Source: Anthoceros angustus (Eukaryota; Plantae; Anthocerotophyta). Taken from it: a stretch of DNA of 64,000 bases. Positions within the stretch are counted from its first letter, which is position 1. Each line of letters begins with the position of its first letter. The translations under genes were made by a program, and so were the position numbers. Shown in pieces: positions 46,643-60,899 of the stretch. The notes beneath the pieces are model-generated. The model was not told the DNA's origin and did not search any database. It saw only the letters and a program-made list of their open reading frames with translations. The stretch lies in NCBI GenBank assembly GCA_010909165.1, contig VJWM01000235.1, forward strand, positions 124,001-188,000, read 5' to 3'.

Positions 46643-48566
46643 AGCCACGCCATCTCGCTTGTGCATTGTGGCGCGGTGGCCACCCCACATGTGCTGTTTT
46701 TTCTGACATATTTCATGCACGTGATGCGGAATGTGGAAGGGTACCTGTCTTATTCATCCAAGAAGCAGACGCGGAATGTGGAAGGGTACTTGTCTTATTC
46801 ATCCGAGAAGCAGATTAGTCGTTTAGTTAGATTAGATATTCAATTAAAGCCTATACGCAAGTGTGAAGCCAAGTTGGCTCAAAGGGCTCGGAGCATGCAA
46901 ATCCAAGGAGTTGTGGAAAACTTTCTTCCTCCGTCCAAAAGTTCGAACCCTATGGAATCATAGGCCATCATTGTAATCCTTTTTCGACTAGTTTGGCCGA
47001 TTTAATCATTTTTTTTTCAAAAAATATGAAATTAAGATGATAAACTAATGATTATGCTTCTTGTGAGGGGAAGAGCTGTAGATGATTAAAAGGGTGAAGG
47101 ACTAATAATGGTTATGCCTCTTATCTAGGGAAGAGCTATAGATTAGAAAAGGCTACATATTACAAGAGGCAAAGACTGTACATGGTTATGCATTTTCTCA
47201 AGGGTTCATATAGAGGTTGTGCCTCCTCTAAGGGAAGGGTTATAGATGATTATACATTTTTCCCAAGGATTTATGGCTGGATTTACACTAGGGTGACCAC
47301 GACCACCCTAAAGGTCTGTCTGATTTAGGTTGTGAAGTGTAAGGATACAAATAGAACTTAAGCGTCAAAGAAACGTTACGCGCATCCTTGTCATTTCAGA
47401 ATGGTTCAAAAACAAGGTTAGGTGCATCGTACGGTCCTTCACATCCACAATAATCCTTCACATCCTTCTTCTTCCTATCATTCCACAGTGGTCCTTCATC
47501 TTGCTATCATTCCACAATGGTCCTTCGGACACATCCGATACTCAAGAAGGACCCAAAGACCCTAAAAAGAGCGCCCGAAGAACTATTGCGATTCACAGAT
47601 TTTACTTGATCAACTGGCTCAGAACCATTTGCAAAATTGATAGTTGCTGCTTGCAATTATACCACTGCAAGTTACTGTACAAGATGCAGCAGAAGCCTTT
47701 CTCAACTGAATCACTTTTGATCCCAGTTGATGCCATGAACTAGACACTCTGCACCAAGAAACCATAAATAATTGCCGGTTCTCAGACAAGATAGACTTAG
47801 CTGACACAGGCAAAGCTCCCTTTTGTCAGGTGACAAACAGCATGCTCGGAGAGTCCAGCATTTCCACAGAACTAGAACTGCAAAACAAGGAAACAACTTA
47901 ATAGATACAAGGGGAAATCGGGATGAGAAGTTAATACAAAATGTAAGGCAAAACGAGATAATTCGCCACACCTGAAGATACTAATGCATCTCTGCAGCCC
48001 AAGAACAGTCAGATCGACCCTGCTTGAAGCTCTTTTGCAAAAAAACACAGTTTCTGAAATGTAGCGGATAGAAGCTCTCCTATGTGCCACTGTTCCCGGC
48101 CTGAGGTTGGTGGACTGGCAACACAACACCTTGATCCACCAATCAGCCAGGCACCTATGTTGCTCTCGTCCACTAGAAATACACAAAAACAACTGTTCAT
48201 CTGACCCAGTAGTCTTAATCAAGGGCCAAGCGCTGCTGTTGCTCATCCTGTTAGCAGGAAAAAAATGATGTCTGGGTTTGTAATCAATCAAGATGCTATG
48301 GCACAGGGTCACAAAATACTTCCTAGACTGATGAAGTGAGAAACCTAGAACTAACATGGCGATGTAGGACTCTGACATCTCTCGCCTCTGAACTTGGTGC
48401 TTGTTCAGGGAAAGCCAGCACATGGTGCCATAGACCCATAGATCTAAGCATCAGAAAGGCTGCGTATTCTATGCTAAGGCTTTGAATCAGAACACCATGA
48501 AACTGCTCAAAGAAACAATCACTATAAGGCTGTCAGAAAGTCAGCGGCAAATAGCTCCACTGAGAA

Positions 48567-51500
48567 TCAGCCTGTACTGCCGGCAGCTTCAGCAGCACGC
48601 TGCCTCATCATCTCATTTACTGCAGCCCTTCTTCTAGACTCTGCTTGCTGGGTTAGGCGCCGAAGATGCTCCTTCAAGTCCCTGGTAGATGGTGGAGAGT
48701 TACAGAAATGTCTGATAAACGCCAATCTGAATCGCAACTAACTATGAGAGAAGACCTCAAGAGTAAGAATACATACTTGCATCGAGGAACCCTACACACA
48801 GGTTCCTTACACGCCCGGGCATGTAGCTGCAACAAGTACCACATCCTCTTGCAGAGAGCACACCCTCCTGATGCTCGTATTGCACAGTACATTCCATGTC
48901 TAAAGAGCATCTTTACACTGTGGCATTTCGGATAATTACACTGGGCGTGCTGCCCACATTGAGATGCATGCACAAGCAGATCGAGCATCTTTCGCAGCTG
49001 CAACACGAAAATCATATGTGAGAAAATACCACCAGAGACAAAAGGATAGCAACAAAGAAATGACCGAAACATGCTGTGACTTGCGAACACAATCAGCTGA
49101 ACATGGCAAACTACAAATTACCTGTAAGACACGCATCTGACGAGCTTCCTTGTTTTGAGCATTCCTCTCCGAATGCATGACTAGTTTGTGCTCATGAGTA
49201 GCAGTGTCTTTACATGCATGACAAAGGTCAAAATCAACGCACGTTTCACACCTCCAGCCTTGGCCAGTATCAATATCACGGTTACAACTGTTGCACGTTG
49301 CCACAAATGCCGGTGCCGTTGGATTATGCAAATGGTACAGGACCATCATTGAGGAATGTTTCGCCCGACGTAGAGTATCATACTGATAATGATTACCCTG
49401 ACACAGACTGAGAAATGCCTGCCGAGTGTCAAAAAACTCGCTTTCCATTATCTCATCTTTATCCCGTGTGTCTGTAGGTACATCGGTGACAAATGACTGC
49501 AACAGGGATAGCGGAGAAGTCAGTCCCTGTGCCAGAAATCGAAACAAATGCCACCAGTATGTACAAGATACCTTCATCAGGCTTACCACGTCAAAAACAT
49601 GTTTCTCTTTGCTTGTAGTTGGGTGCCGCTCCCTTTCATCAACTTTTTGCTCGTTCTCATAGCACCTGAAAGCAAACCAGACAAAAATAAGACTTTTGAG
49701 TTGTTTGAACAATTCTTTTGTGGAATACAAAAATTGAGCGAATGCTGCTGGCAATACCAGAGCATTGACACAGCACCCGTCAACCCACCTGTTGCACAGC
49801 CAGAATTTGCAGCTGGCACAACTCCAAAGTTTTCCGGCCACGACGAACATGCGACAATGTGAACAAGCGAAGTGCATGTGAACCATGATAAAGTCCTCCT
49901 TCATTGGAAAGATCGAGTCTCCCAACTGCACAGGCCGGTTTTCGTAGTAAGCAATTGATAATAGTGCCAACATTCAGTCATAAACTAAGTTGCAAAAAGA
50001 GTTGTCCTTTTACTTTGCAAAATTCTAGGATTCTTATGTGAGATCTTTTCCAAATGCACTATGCACTCTTTCCACCAGCAAAATGCATTTTTGGCATACT
50101 TCTCCTAGATCGTATAGAGGTAGCAGCTTGACAATCAGGACCAAAAGCACCAAAAGCGGAAAATCACAGCAGAACAATAAGTTGTACTCAGAAACATCAC
50201 GCCATCTTGTTCCTAAACAAATGTGCCAATATGCAGCAAGTAGCATATACCTGGACTTTCCACTGAAAAGATCAGTGGTCAATATTGCACAGAGATAAGG
50301 CAGGTCTGTAGTACACCCCATGACCGATACCATAGCAAATTCACAAAGTTTTATCAGTGACGATGGGAATGAAAGCATTACCTTGTGCATTAACCGGGTG
50401 TCGTCAGAAGCATTGCTAGGCAGTTCAGCCTGACCAGCAACTTTGGCATTCCGCTTTGTAGTGGTCATCTTCTTAGGTTTGCCCTTTTTCTGCAGTCTGC
50501 GCCCATCTTCTTCCTCTTGCTGAAGCTGCAGGATCATGTCTTCAGCAGCTCCAGGCCAGTAATCCCCATCGAAGTATGGCAATCGTGCAGCAGTAACCTT
50601 GGCCTTAGTTTCTCCTTGTGAAACAAAGAAGTAGTCATAGAGGTTTGTAACCTCCACAACAATTGATTCATGAGCTGCTTTTTTCAGCATGGTCAAGTAC
50701 CTGATAGTGTAAGATCAATTAGTTAGGAACATGAAGGCAGAAAGTCATGTAAAACACTGACTGCAGACAACCAAGGCGCACCACTCTCGTAGCTTATCAG
50801 ACTTCGGTGTCTTTTGGATCTCAGGATGGCAGTAGAGAATGTAATCTTCTCCTTTAAGAGGAGGGCAAGCCCAAATATAACAACTACTGAACCCACGCCT
50901 TTTACAGTGCTCTAGGTATCCTATCTGCACACCACGGTTGCCATCAGCAAGTCACACTCAGAACCTGCGAATAGCTCACATATGATGTGCAAATACTCAC
51001 CAAGATTTCATGATAGACAAACGTTCTAAGTGCTTCGCCTGTCACTGTTTTCACATCTGGTCTGAAGTACTTCACAGAGTCCAGGTACGAAAGATACACT
51101 CGCCTCTGATTGGGGTGTGCACATTCCGCCCCAAACTCCTGTACGTACATACCAAACAAGCAAACCTCGACCCCTTCAATCTTCTGAAAAAGTAGAATCA
51201 CCTGCACACACAACTAAGGAATCAGTATTTACCACTACGGAGAAACGTCAAAGCATGGATAAACGATTTCCTAGTCCAGAATGGGTGCATATGGGCACCA
51301 CAGCCATAAGCGGACCTTCGACTTGTAGGGAAACTCCGAGGGGTAATCTTCATCTTGGAACATCTCCAAAAACCGCTGTTTTACTTCTAACTTCTTGTCC
51401 ACACAAGAAACAACTCTGACAACTAAAGCTTCTGCTCCAGGAACCTGATCAGCCAAGCAAGTAACGCAAAATGCGACATCTTAGAAGCCAAAAACCAAGA

Positions 51501-54500
51501 TACTTTCAGAACACAGCGCCTTCAAATTTCAACTTCTGATTGTGGCAGTACTTCGTCTCTAGAATAGAAATCAAAAGAAGGTTACCTCCTCTTTGGACTT
51601 GCCAGCAAGTCGGGCACGCTCCTGACGCTCCTCGTCAAGTTTCCTTGCTAACCTGCTCTCAAGATGGTCACTAAGAAAAGTCTTTGGCATGTCCTTTGCA
51701 CCAAGAACAGCAGATGGTGGCAAGGGCTTTCTATCCCCGTTTTCCATTTGACTTGACAAGCACTGAGGACATATATATTCTGCGTCACCTCCTTCATTCC
51801 GGCGACCATTGAAAAGAGCACAAACTTGATGTTGCCATAGATTGCAACTGTCACATTGCACCCACTGCACAATCACCAGCAACCAACAAAAGGTATCAAT
51901 ACGTGCAAGCAAATTAAAATTGATAACATACCATAAGGTATTACAATACCCATTGATCTGCTAAGTGAGCTTACTGCTTCCTCAGTTTCCTCATCATTTT
52001 TTCGTCTCTCAAGTTTTATTTTTGGATAGCTAATACCATCCAACTCAACATTTTCAGTCCGACATTCATTGTGGCAAGCAGTACAACAGTAGTGCTTAGT
52101 CTCTCCCGCCGATAGTGTGTAGTAGCTGCTGTTCCGCTTGATGCGAACACCGCATGCTGTACAATAAATTGGAGGAGGCTCAAAAGTCAGCTTCTCCACT
52201 GCACAAAGGTGGCATGAATTTTCGGTCATCTTCTGCTCCATGGCTTGATTCTTTTCTGCCTTTGCCTTACTCTGCATTTCAACCACCAAGTACAGTCAAG
52301 ACCCTAAGGAAAGAAATTTTGAAGAACTTGCTCGGGGTTAACCATTAAAAACGTTCTCTTGGGTCAAGACAAGGGAGAGTGTGGGGCTTACCTGACCAAC
52401 CCATTGCCGTAAACCAGCTATATGCTCCCTTATCTGTTCGGGTGTAAACAGTTCAGTCAAAGAAGTACCAACAATTTTCGGTTTCCCTGATTTAATGGAA
52501 TTGGCAGGTGCCACTTGGGTGGCTGGGGCTGGTGGGGTTCCTTGCTGTTGCTTCACAAACACACTGCCTGGCTCTGCTTTCACATTAACCAGTTGAGTTC
52601 CAGATGTACTTTCAGGATCAGGCCTAAGCCCAAGACTACTTGGCTGTTTTTGCCGCTGTGTATTACCCACGTGGGAGTCTGCTCGCAGCGGATGTGATCC
52701 CATTTCCGTCTTCACAGTTGGATTGCCTTCAAGTTTTGCACCTTGAGAACGTGGCATGGGGTTCAGCAGACTTGAAGCAGTGAGAACCTGCTTGCTAGAA
52801 GGACCTAACTGGTGCTGAATCCCTGGGGATTCAACCTTTACCCTCTTTGCAGGAGGTGGACCATCGATATCCACACCTTGTGCAGCAGTTCCAATTTGTG
52901 GTGACACAGCAGGCAGGCTTGAGACGGGAGTTGTTCCTGCAGGCGTGACAGCCATAGTAGGGGAGCCCACAGTAACCTGCCCTGGAGTTTGGGGAGATGA
53001 CAAAGGAACCTGATTTTGCCCTGGTTGCACCTGTCCAGAGGACTGAGGCCTGGTTTGTGCTTGAAGAATCTGGCGGACAGGAGCACACACAGGACATCGT
53101 GGTTCCCTGCACTGCTGATAATGGCGAACCAAAGTCCTGGTTGCAGTGCACCTTGTATACGTGCAGTCCCGCTCAAGTCGGCAAGTGCTGAGATGTGCCC
53201 ACAGTTGTCGGGCAACATGGCAATGTGGTGTTGTTGGACATCGCCCTTCAGGTGCTTGGCATTTACTAGCATGGCGCAAGAACAGGAGCCATCTTCGCTG
53301 TTTGATGTACTGTTGAGCTCGTTGATCTGCCACATCAGGTCCTGGAACTGGTTGGACATTTCCATTGCCAGGTCCAGGTCCAGGCCCAGTTCCAGGTCCA
53401 GGACCAGGTCCATTGGTGTTGGTACTGGTATTACCATTCCCATTCCCAGAGCCACTTCCATTCCCATCATCATTACCATCCCCAGAGCCATTCCCACTCC
53501 CGCTCCCACTTACATTGACATTACCAGAGCCACTCCCATCATCATTCACATTCTCATCGCTAGGTGCCACCATCAAATTACTTGGTGATGACACAGGCTG
53601 CTGTAGATGCACAAGCGACTGCTGCTGCTGTCCTCCTTCTTGCAAAATGTGCTGCCGCTGGAGTACCTGGTGCCCTTGCGTGAAGGAGCGCTGGCCCTGC
53701 GGCAGAGGCCGTTGTGCAAGTGCCTGATGTGCAATCAGAGACTGTGACACCTGCATTTGCTGTGACTGCTGCTGCTCTGTTGGCAGTGACTGTGCTTGCT
53801 GTGATTGCTGATGCATCTGCGACTGGCCTTGTGTCGGCTGAACAGGCACAGACTGTTGCTGCTGTGATGAGATTGGCGGATGCTGTGCCTGTACTTGTGG
53901 GAGCTGTTGCTGCTGGTGCTGCTTTTGAGCCTGCAGCGGTTGCTGGAGCCGCGGCTGTTGCAGCTGTCTCATGTGCAAATGAGGACCCATGTTCTGCTGC
54001 ATGCCCTGGTGCTGAAGAGGTTGCAATTGCTGCGATTGTGACAAAGACATCTGTCCACGGGGAGGCTGATGTTGGTCAGATGACGCTTGCTGAAATGTCA
54101 TGGACTGCTGTGACTGATCCATCAGCCCACCCTGCTTTTGCCCTGAAACTGTTGATACCTGTTGCGGAAACATTCCCTGGCTCTTGGACATCTGCAACGA
54201 AAGCTGCTGGCCCCTGTTCATCCCTCCGATATTCTGTTGCATGCTGGTTCCCTGCATGTGCAGCTGCTGGGGCTGGGGCTGAGGTTGCTGTAACTGCTGT
54301 TGAAGAATTGCCTGCTGTTGAGGCAAGCCAGGTACTGGTATCATCTTTGATGGTTGCGACACCATCGCTGAAAGGTTCATGTTCCCTCCTACTAAGCCGG
54401 AAGATGAAGTAACAGGAAATAAACTCCCCGACCCATTCATGTCTGAATGATTCATGGAATATCCATTACCTGCATGATGGTCAGAGGCAGACAAACTCAA

Positions 54501-56205
54501 TTTAAGCAAAGTAGGTGATCACTAACTCATACTGAAAGATAAAGTACCTGACAGTCGAAGTTGTGGTTGGCGCTGTGGAGGGACACGAAGTGGCTGCTGC
54601 TGGGATGACATATTGCTGAACTGCCCTGCATTTACGTAGCCAGCAGCGTTATGCACATTTGCACCTAAATTTAAGTGCTGCCCATTGGGCATCATCTGCA
54701 CGCCACTGTTGATTCCAGGAACTCCCAGCGAAGAATTCTTCCGTTGCAGGCTACCGTTCAAATTCGTGGGCAGCTGCCCATTCAAGGTTCGATATGTCTG
54801 AGATGATGGTGCAGTGTAATGCTGCTGGGGCCCCGAGTTAGCCATGGACATCCCACCAACAGAAGGGGCCACAGACTGGGAGCCTGTTAAGCCTGGTGTG
54901 GGAATCATCTGACTGCCTGTCTGAGGCATACTCATTCCTGGTGCAACTTGGGTCGGGGTGATCCTCATGCCACTATAGACTTGCTGGCTGGCCAGAGAGT
55001 TTGGGTGACCAGAATTTGGCAGAATGTTGCTTCCCGCATTAGAAAACATGCTACTTCCGTGACCTGTTGCTTGCATCATTTTGCTCATAGCACCTGCACT
55101 GATGTTATTTGAATGCCCAGGTGCACCCATATTACCCCCTTGCACCAAACCTCCAATACCTCCAGGAGACTGGATTACAGTATTCCCTGCTTGCATCACA
55201 GTGCCATTACCTGCAGTTTGCATCATGGCACCTATACCAGGAGTGGGCATCATCAAACCCCCTGACCCTGAGGCCGCAACTTTGGAGCCACCAGACCCTG
55301 CTGCAGACATCACATGTCCGTTCCCTGGTGCCTGCAATGAGTTTAGCCCGTTTCCACCAGACATCAGTCCAGTACCACCGCCTGGGGTTGGCATCATAGT
55401 TGCCCCGGGGGTTGGCATCATGGTGCTTGCACTGCCTGGATTAGGCACGATATTAGCCATATTAGACACATGCTGGTTCTTAGCTGGAAGGGTTTGCGCC
55501 ACAGTTTGAAGTCGCCTCTCCAGAGTGTTTATGTCTGAGTACTCCTCCTGCACATTGAGACCATGAAAACAGTTACAGGCCAAAGGAAAGAGAAACAGGG
55601 AGTCTCTCTCCTGATCATGGGCCAGGGCCATACCTTTGATCCAGCATTAAGGTACAAGGCCTCCTCCAAGCGTTTCACAAAATCTGGTAGCTTCTGTTGC
55701 CACTCAGAGGTCACATGTGGTTTGCGTTTCTTAAATAGGTGGAGACTGTTTCACAACCAGCAAAACCCAATGTGAGGACAGTCGAACTACATTGCTCCCA
55801 ACAAAGAGGAGCTTCACATTCAGATGCAACAACCACTAACACTGCAGAAATCTTGTTGCATGGGAGCAAAGGCTAAATGCATAAAACAACCACTGCCATT
55901 TGAAATCTCGCAAGATCTCAAACAGCCGCAGCCAGGCTTCAGGATCCGATGATGTCTAGGTAACTATACAGGCCTTCAGAGCTACTTGAAAGAACTCCTG
56001 TCATCACACATGCTGGATGAAAGAGAGCATGTGCTTACATCTGTTCACAAACACCTCGGCGCAGCGAAACATCCTGTTCCGTATGCCAAGCCTTTTTAAA
56101 GCTGCCCACAACATTCCCACTCTGAGACAAGACAGAACTTCCGTTCTGTTGCACACGAGTTGCCTGGTTAGGTGCCTGCCCAGGAACCTGAGCCTGTGTC
56201 TGCAT
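48567..56205 (-). CDS. HAC1: CBP/p300-type histone acetyltransferase (HAC1/HAC12 family), multi-exon
   Basis: Start exon '[14 protein letters not shown]...QQNG' (ATG at 56205), 'VKRLEEALY', Q-rich region, TAZ1 '[12 protein letters not shown]', PHD '[19 protein letters not shown]', HAT '[16 protein letters not shown]', 'YIWACPP', '[10 protein letters not shown]', two ZZ fingers, TAZ2 'LLVHASQC...LQLHARAC', stop TGA at 48569-48567. Confidence 0.96.
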
Positions 56206-59200
56206 CTTTGTCCAGCTTACCCCCTTACCAACTATGATAACATAATGGGCAACTACTGTACGTCCTACAACATATTGCCAAACACCATAACACCATGGTG
56301 TGTGTCTGCAGAAACTTTCACATGGCCTTCAACCCATCACAAGGTACACAACCTCCTACACCTACATTCCGTCAGACAGTGACCAAAAGTAACTAAATTG
56401 AACAGAGGCTGGAGCTAAAACCAAGGAGAACGATATTCTGCAGTCGTGCTTCCATGATCTTGAGTCAAGAATCCACCCACAGCTGTGTTCACAGATTCAA
56501 GGACTCTGGACATCCACGTCCAGTCTCTCAGTTCAGACGATCTGTCCTCCAAGGAAGGGGAGGGAAGCCTTGACCACAATTTGCCAGCTGGGCCTTCTCT
56601 CAGGGTGATTCCTGTCAACGTGCATTAAGAAAGTTAGAGAGGGAAGCATACACGTCCAAAAATTCCTTGGCAATCAATGGTCGATCACACAGGTCCACCC
56701 ACAGCATGGACAAATTCTAGCATCTATGTCACTAGTCTGCTTTATATACTGTTCATGCTGATTGCAGGAAGCAATCCCAGGACAGTGGGGCAGCGCGCTC
56801 AAAGATTTCTTTAGGGAATACTGAACTAACCTACATCAAAATAGCAAACACATTCAATTTGTGATCGGCGCCCAAAAGCCACGGTCATAAGCATGGAAGG
56901 ACCCTAAATCTGACCGTTAAGCACTTCTCACTCTCACTCAACAGAAGCCATCCCAACAGAGAACACGAGGCGTGGTAGGATGGTAAAGAGTCAACCAAGG
57001 TACGTCACATAACGATACACAACGCGAGGCAACTGCACCTCAATGAACCCAACCTAGAGGGGGCAAACAGCGGCCTTTACATGTGGGATAGTGCGGGGAC
57101 TGGAAGCAATCGGGAAAAAGTCACCAATAGCTACAGGTGTAAGTCATGAGCAGAAGATCTAGATACGGAGGAGCAGGGGAGCAGATGAGGCGAAAGGAAT
57201 TCCTTACAAACAAGGATGCAGAGATCAAGGTAATACCTGGCAGCAGTAGGCAGGACGGTCAGCGGGAGAGACTCAAGAGTAGTTGATATGCGTCAGGTGA
57301 GGCTGGTAGGAAGTCAGTCGCTGGAGACGGTCCTAGGGATGGAGCAGTAAGAAACACAAGGAAAGGTGCAATCGGCAGAGAAGAGAAAGGATGCACCTTC
57401 AGTCAGCTCCGAAGAGATGCAAGCAGCATTCTCCAGCCCAGCGGTGGCCTTACACTAGAGTGAATTGGGACGGTGAGGACAGCAGGGTGAGCAAGAGGAC
57501 AGGCCGGTGACAGTCGCAGAGGCCGCGGCCCGGGGACAGGATCTGCGCGCACACGGGTGTCAGCAGGTGAATGGACGCCTTAAAAGCGACAATGGTGGTC
57601 GGGTGCGAGTTAAGCATCCGTGGCAGCATCCCGCATCTTGCAGAGCGGAAGCAAGTCCAATTCCAGCCCCACCGAATTGCACTGCATCCCCCAGCCAATC
57701 CCAACCCGCACGCTGCACCATCCCCGCCATGCGCACATGGCACAAAACCCAGAGAGGAGCAATTCGGGCCATTTACCAATATTCCGCAATCCTGGTGCTC
57801 CAATCTCCAAGCTCCGGCAGCACCTCCCGCGAGATCCACCCGACCTGAATCCTTGTTCGCCTTCCGAAGAAAACGCACTTGGCACACGGAATGGCTCCCT
57901 GGCTCCGTTGCAGCGGCAGCAGCGTCGCAGCCCCAGCAGCAGCAGCAACGCGGGAGCAGCAGGCAGCAGAGGCGATAGCAGAGGGCCTAAACCCACCCAA
58001 GCTGCCAAATCCACCAAAATTAAAGCAGAGAGTGCGCGGCCGCAGAGGGCCTAGTGGGCCGGCACGCGCTCCCCGGGGGACCTGAATCCTGCACGCACTC
58101 GGCTCGGCCCGCCGTGGCCAGAATCGTGGAGCAGCAGAGAAGCAGGGGTTATGATCCGAGGCCACGCCTGTGAATGCGGCCCGCTGCCGCTCCTTGACGC
58201 ATTTTTAGTCGTTACCTGCTGCCTTGCTTAGATGCTGGTGCAGGGTTTGGGCGAATGGTCATGTGCTCAGGGCACCCCCCATGTTGCTGCGTCTCAGACC
58301 AGCAAGCAAGAGAGCAACCAGCAGCCAGGGAAGAGAAGACAAGAGCCAGCCAAACAGACAGAGGGAGAGCCCCAAACTCAGCTTCTGCTCATTTTATAAA
58401 TAACCCCGCTCCGTCTAGCTGGAAAACCCCTCTTTGCACCCCAACAACACCTCATGCTACCCGGCTACAAATAGCTAACCATGACACATAGGTATATAGC
58501 AGCTACATCCCCATTAGCTCATTTAGCTCTAGCATACACACTGGATTGAAGATTAGGTCAGCGTTATCCTGCTTGCAACTAAGATCATTATAATTCTATA
58601 TATTATTTTTATAATTAAAAAATTAATCAATATTAGAACATGCAATATTCTAACAGTATAAAATATATTCCTATTACAGCAATATGTCTCACTTCAACTG
58701 TCGAAACTACATTAAGTCTCCATGTCGCCTACCATTCTTAAGGAGATTGTATGGACCAAAAAGTCTTCTCTCCACTTGCCGTTAGCTCCTTAGCTATTAT
58801 TATATATGGATCTCAAAAGTACAATAAAGAGTGCCATGTAATTGGATGACGGAGTTCAACAACTATGGCCAACATACACTTCTCTCTTTTCTAAGCTCTC
58901 CTCAACACCAGACATGATGGAGGCTCGAGAAATCCTAGGTGCTTAGATTGATTACCAGCTTTTCATTAGCCTGCTCCTACCTTGTCGATCCACAACTAAG
59001 AACCAAGCAAAGGATAGTTCGCCCAAAACTAGGGTGAAAAAATCCTTTTTTTTTTAACTATTGATCAATTAGTTAACAGTGAGTGGATCCATCCTCCCCT
59101 CCTTTTTCTCGTTGCAATCCTTCATCAATGAGGTACCATTTGTTTGGCATGTGCAGTAGATCCGTGCAACGCTGGTTTGATTTTTGTTGATTATGGTGAT

Positions 59201-60183
59201 CTACATATGTGACTTATAATACAAGCGTAGTTTGAAGATAAATTATTCTATTTATTCCACTTATTATATATGGGTTGTTGTACCATCTCCCCTAGCTTGA
59301 GATTTCAATGAGTGTTTCATAATTTTCTCTTGACTTAGAGTGATATCCAATATTTTGGCAATTTTAGCAAACATTTGCTTAGTCTCATAGGCATAAATCT
59401 CCGGATCTATCTTAGAATGAATAATGAAATAAACTCCCAAAGCACATATTTTTAGCATATATTTTTTGAAGAACAAAATCTTTGATCTTATTTGAAAAAT
59501 TAGCACTTTGAAACACTCATAAAAAATAATAACATCTCAATTCTGAATATGGTTTTCCAACCATTTTGAAGGTCTTTCTTGCACTATGAATTAAATAAAA
59601 CTATCCCAATCACCTAGGTTTAATATTTATTATCATAATATAAATAAACTAACTCAAAAGAATAAAATTAAAAAAATAAATTTTTACGCATTAAAATGTA
59701 AATGTGGATACAACCTCTAGGAATAAGATGTAGTTAAGCTCCAAAACGAAGTGCAGACACTATTTTCTTTCACGTTTAGTATTTTAGCACACCATCACTT
59801 CACTATCGTCCTCCACTCCCTCCTTTTTGGTAGTTAGGGTTTTTCCTATGCATTTTTGTGTATTGAATAAAAGCGCCTCACCTTTAATTCAAGATTTATA
59901 AATTCCTTAGCAATTTAAGTATATGATGTGTGCATTATGCGGTCATGGCATGTTGATATGAAATTAAACCTGGTTTCTCAATTTCTCCATGTATTTGATG
60001 CTGCGTTTTAACCAAATTTAGTTACCACTAAAAACTATAATGATATTTTTCTGTACTAAATAAAATTTCTTACACATCATATACAATTCCTAAATAGGTT
60101 AGAATGTTTATTCTTTTCTCTAGAAAGAAGAGAATATTATGAATATGATCTTATAATATAAATCTATGTTTATTTTATTTAAC

Positions 60184-60660
60184 CCTCCAGGTTGGGCGGC
60201 GAAGGGATGTGCGACGCTAAGGTCCATAAGTACTGTCCTATGTAGGATGGCCACACCTTTGCCCCTTTTGCCATCGAGACTCACGGAGCCATGAGCAAGG
60301 ATTTCTCTAGGTTCGTCAAGGCCTGCGCCAAGGCTTATCATAGCCGCAAGAATGAGGTTGGCCTCCCCTTTCTTGTATTGTTGCTTTCTTTCGGCATAGG
60401 GTTTCCATCGCTCTGCAGAGAGCGTTGGCCAACACAATACAATGTACAGAGCGAGGGAGATGAAGCTTTTTTAATACTGGTGGTAAGCAGGCCTTTTCAC
60501 ATCCCTGACCACGAAGTTCTTCAGGCAGTTGGTAGTTTTGAAATGCATATCATCGTGGGGCTAGTCCCCATGGTGCCCTTCTTTGGATTTTTCCCATTTT
60601 GTTTTTGGGGTGGATGGGTTTTTCCCAATCTTTTTTTTAATAAAGTCTTATTTTATTTTA
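60184..60660 (+). mobile_element. 3' remnant of a restriction-like-endonuclease non-LTR retrotransposon (CRE-like)
   Basis: 'KVHKY' (60219-60233), 'FAPFAIETHG' (60258-60287) and 'RVSIALQRA' (~60398-60424), followed by a T-rich 3' region with AATAAA. Confidence 0.7.
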
Positions 60661-60899
60661 TCTCAACTCAAGTTTGAATGGAACAAGAAAACTTGTACTA
60701 TTGGCAAGTACTTGCGCGAAAGTTTGTGGTAATGGGAGGCTAGTGGCCGGCAGGCATTTCGAGCTTGGTGGGGGGATCACGGCCGGCCTTGCTGGCTGGG
60801 CCTGGGGAGAAGGTGTTCCCCGGGAGGAGGGTGGAGCAGCAGCCGGTGAAAGGGCAGTGGCGGATGCGCAGGAGCCAGCAGGCGATGGAAGCATGGCGG

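Noticed and set aside
57450-58165. Several 110-145 aa ORFs upstream of HAC1
   Set aside because: GC-rich region that is probably 5' UTR or intron. A convincing HAC1 start exon lies at 56205 and these ORFs have no motifs.
58560-60180. AT-rich stretch, possibly MITE or DNA-transposon remnants
   Set aside because: I could not define terminal repeats, a TSD or coding motifs by eye.
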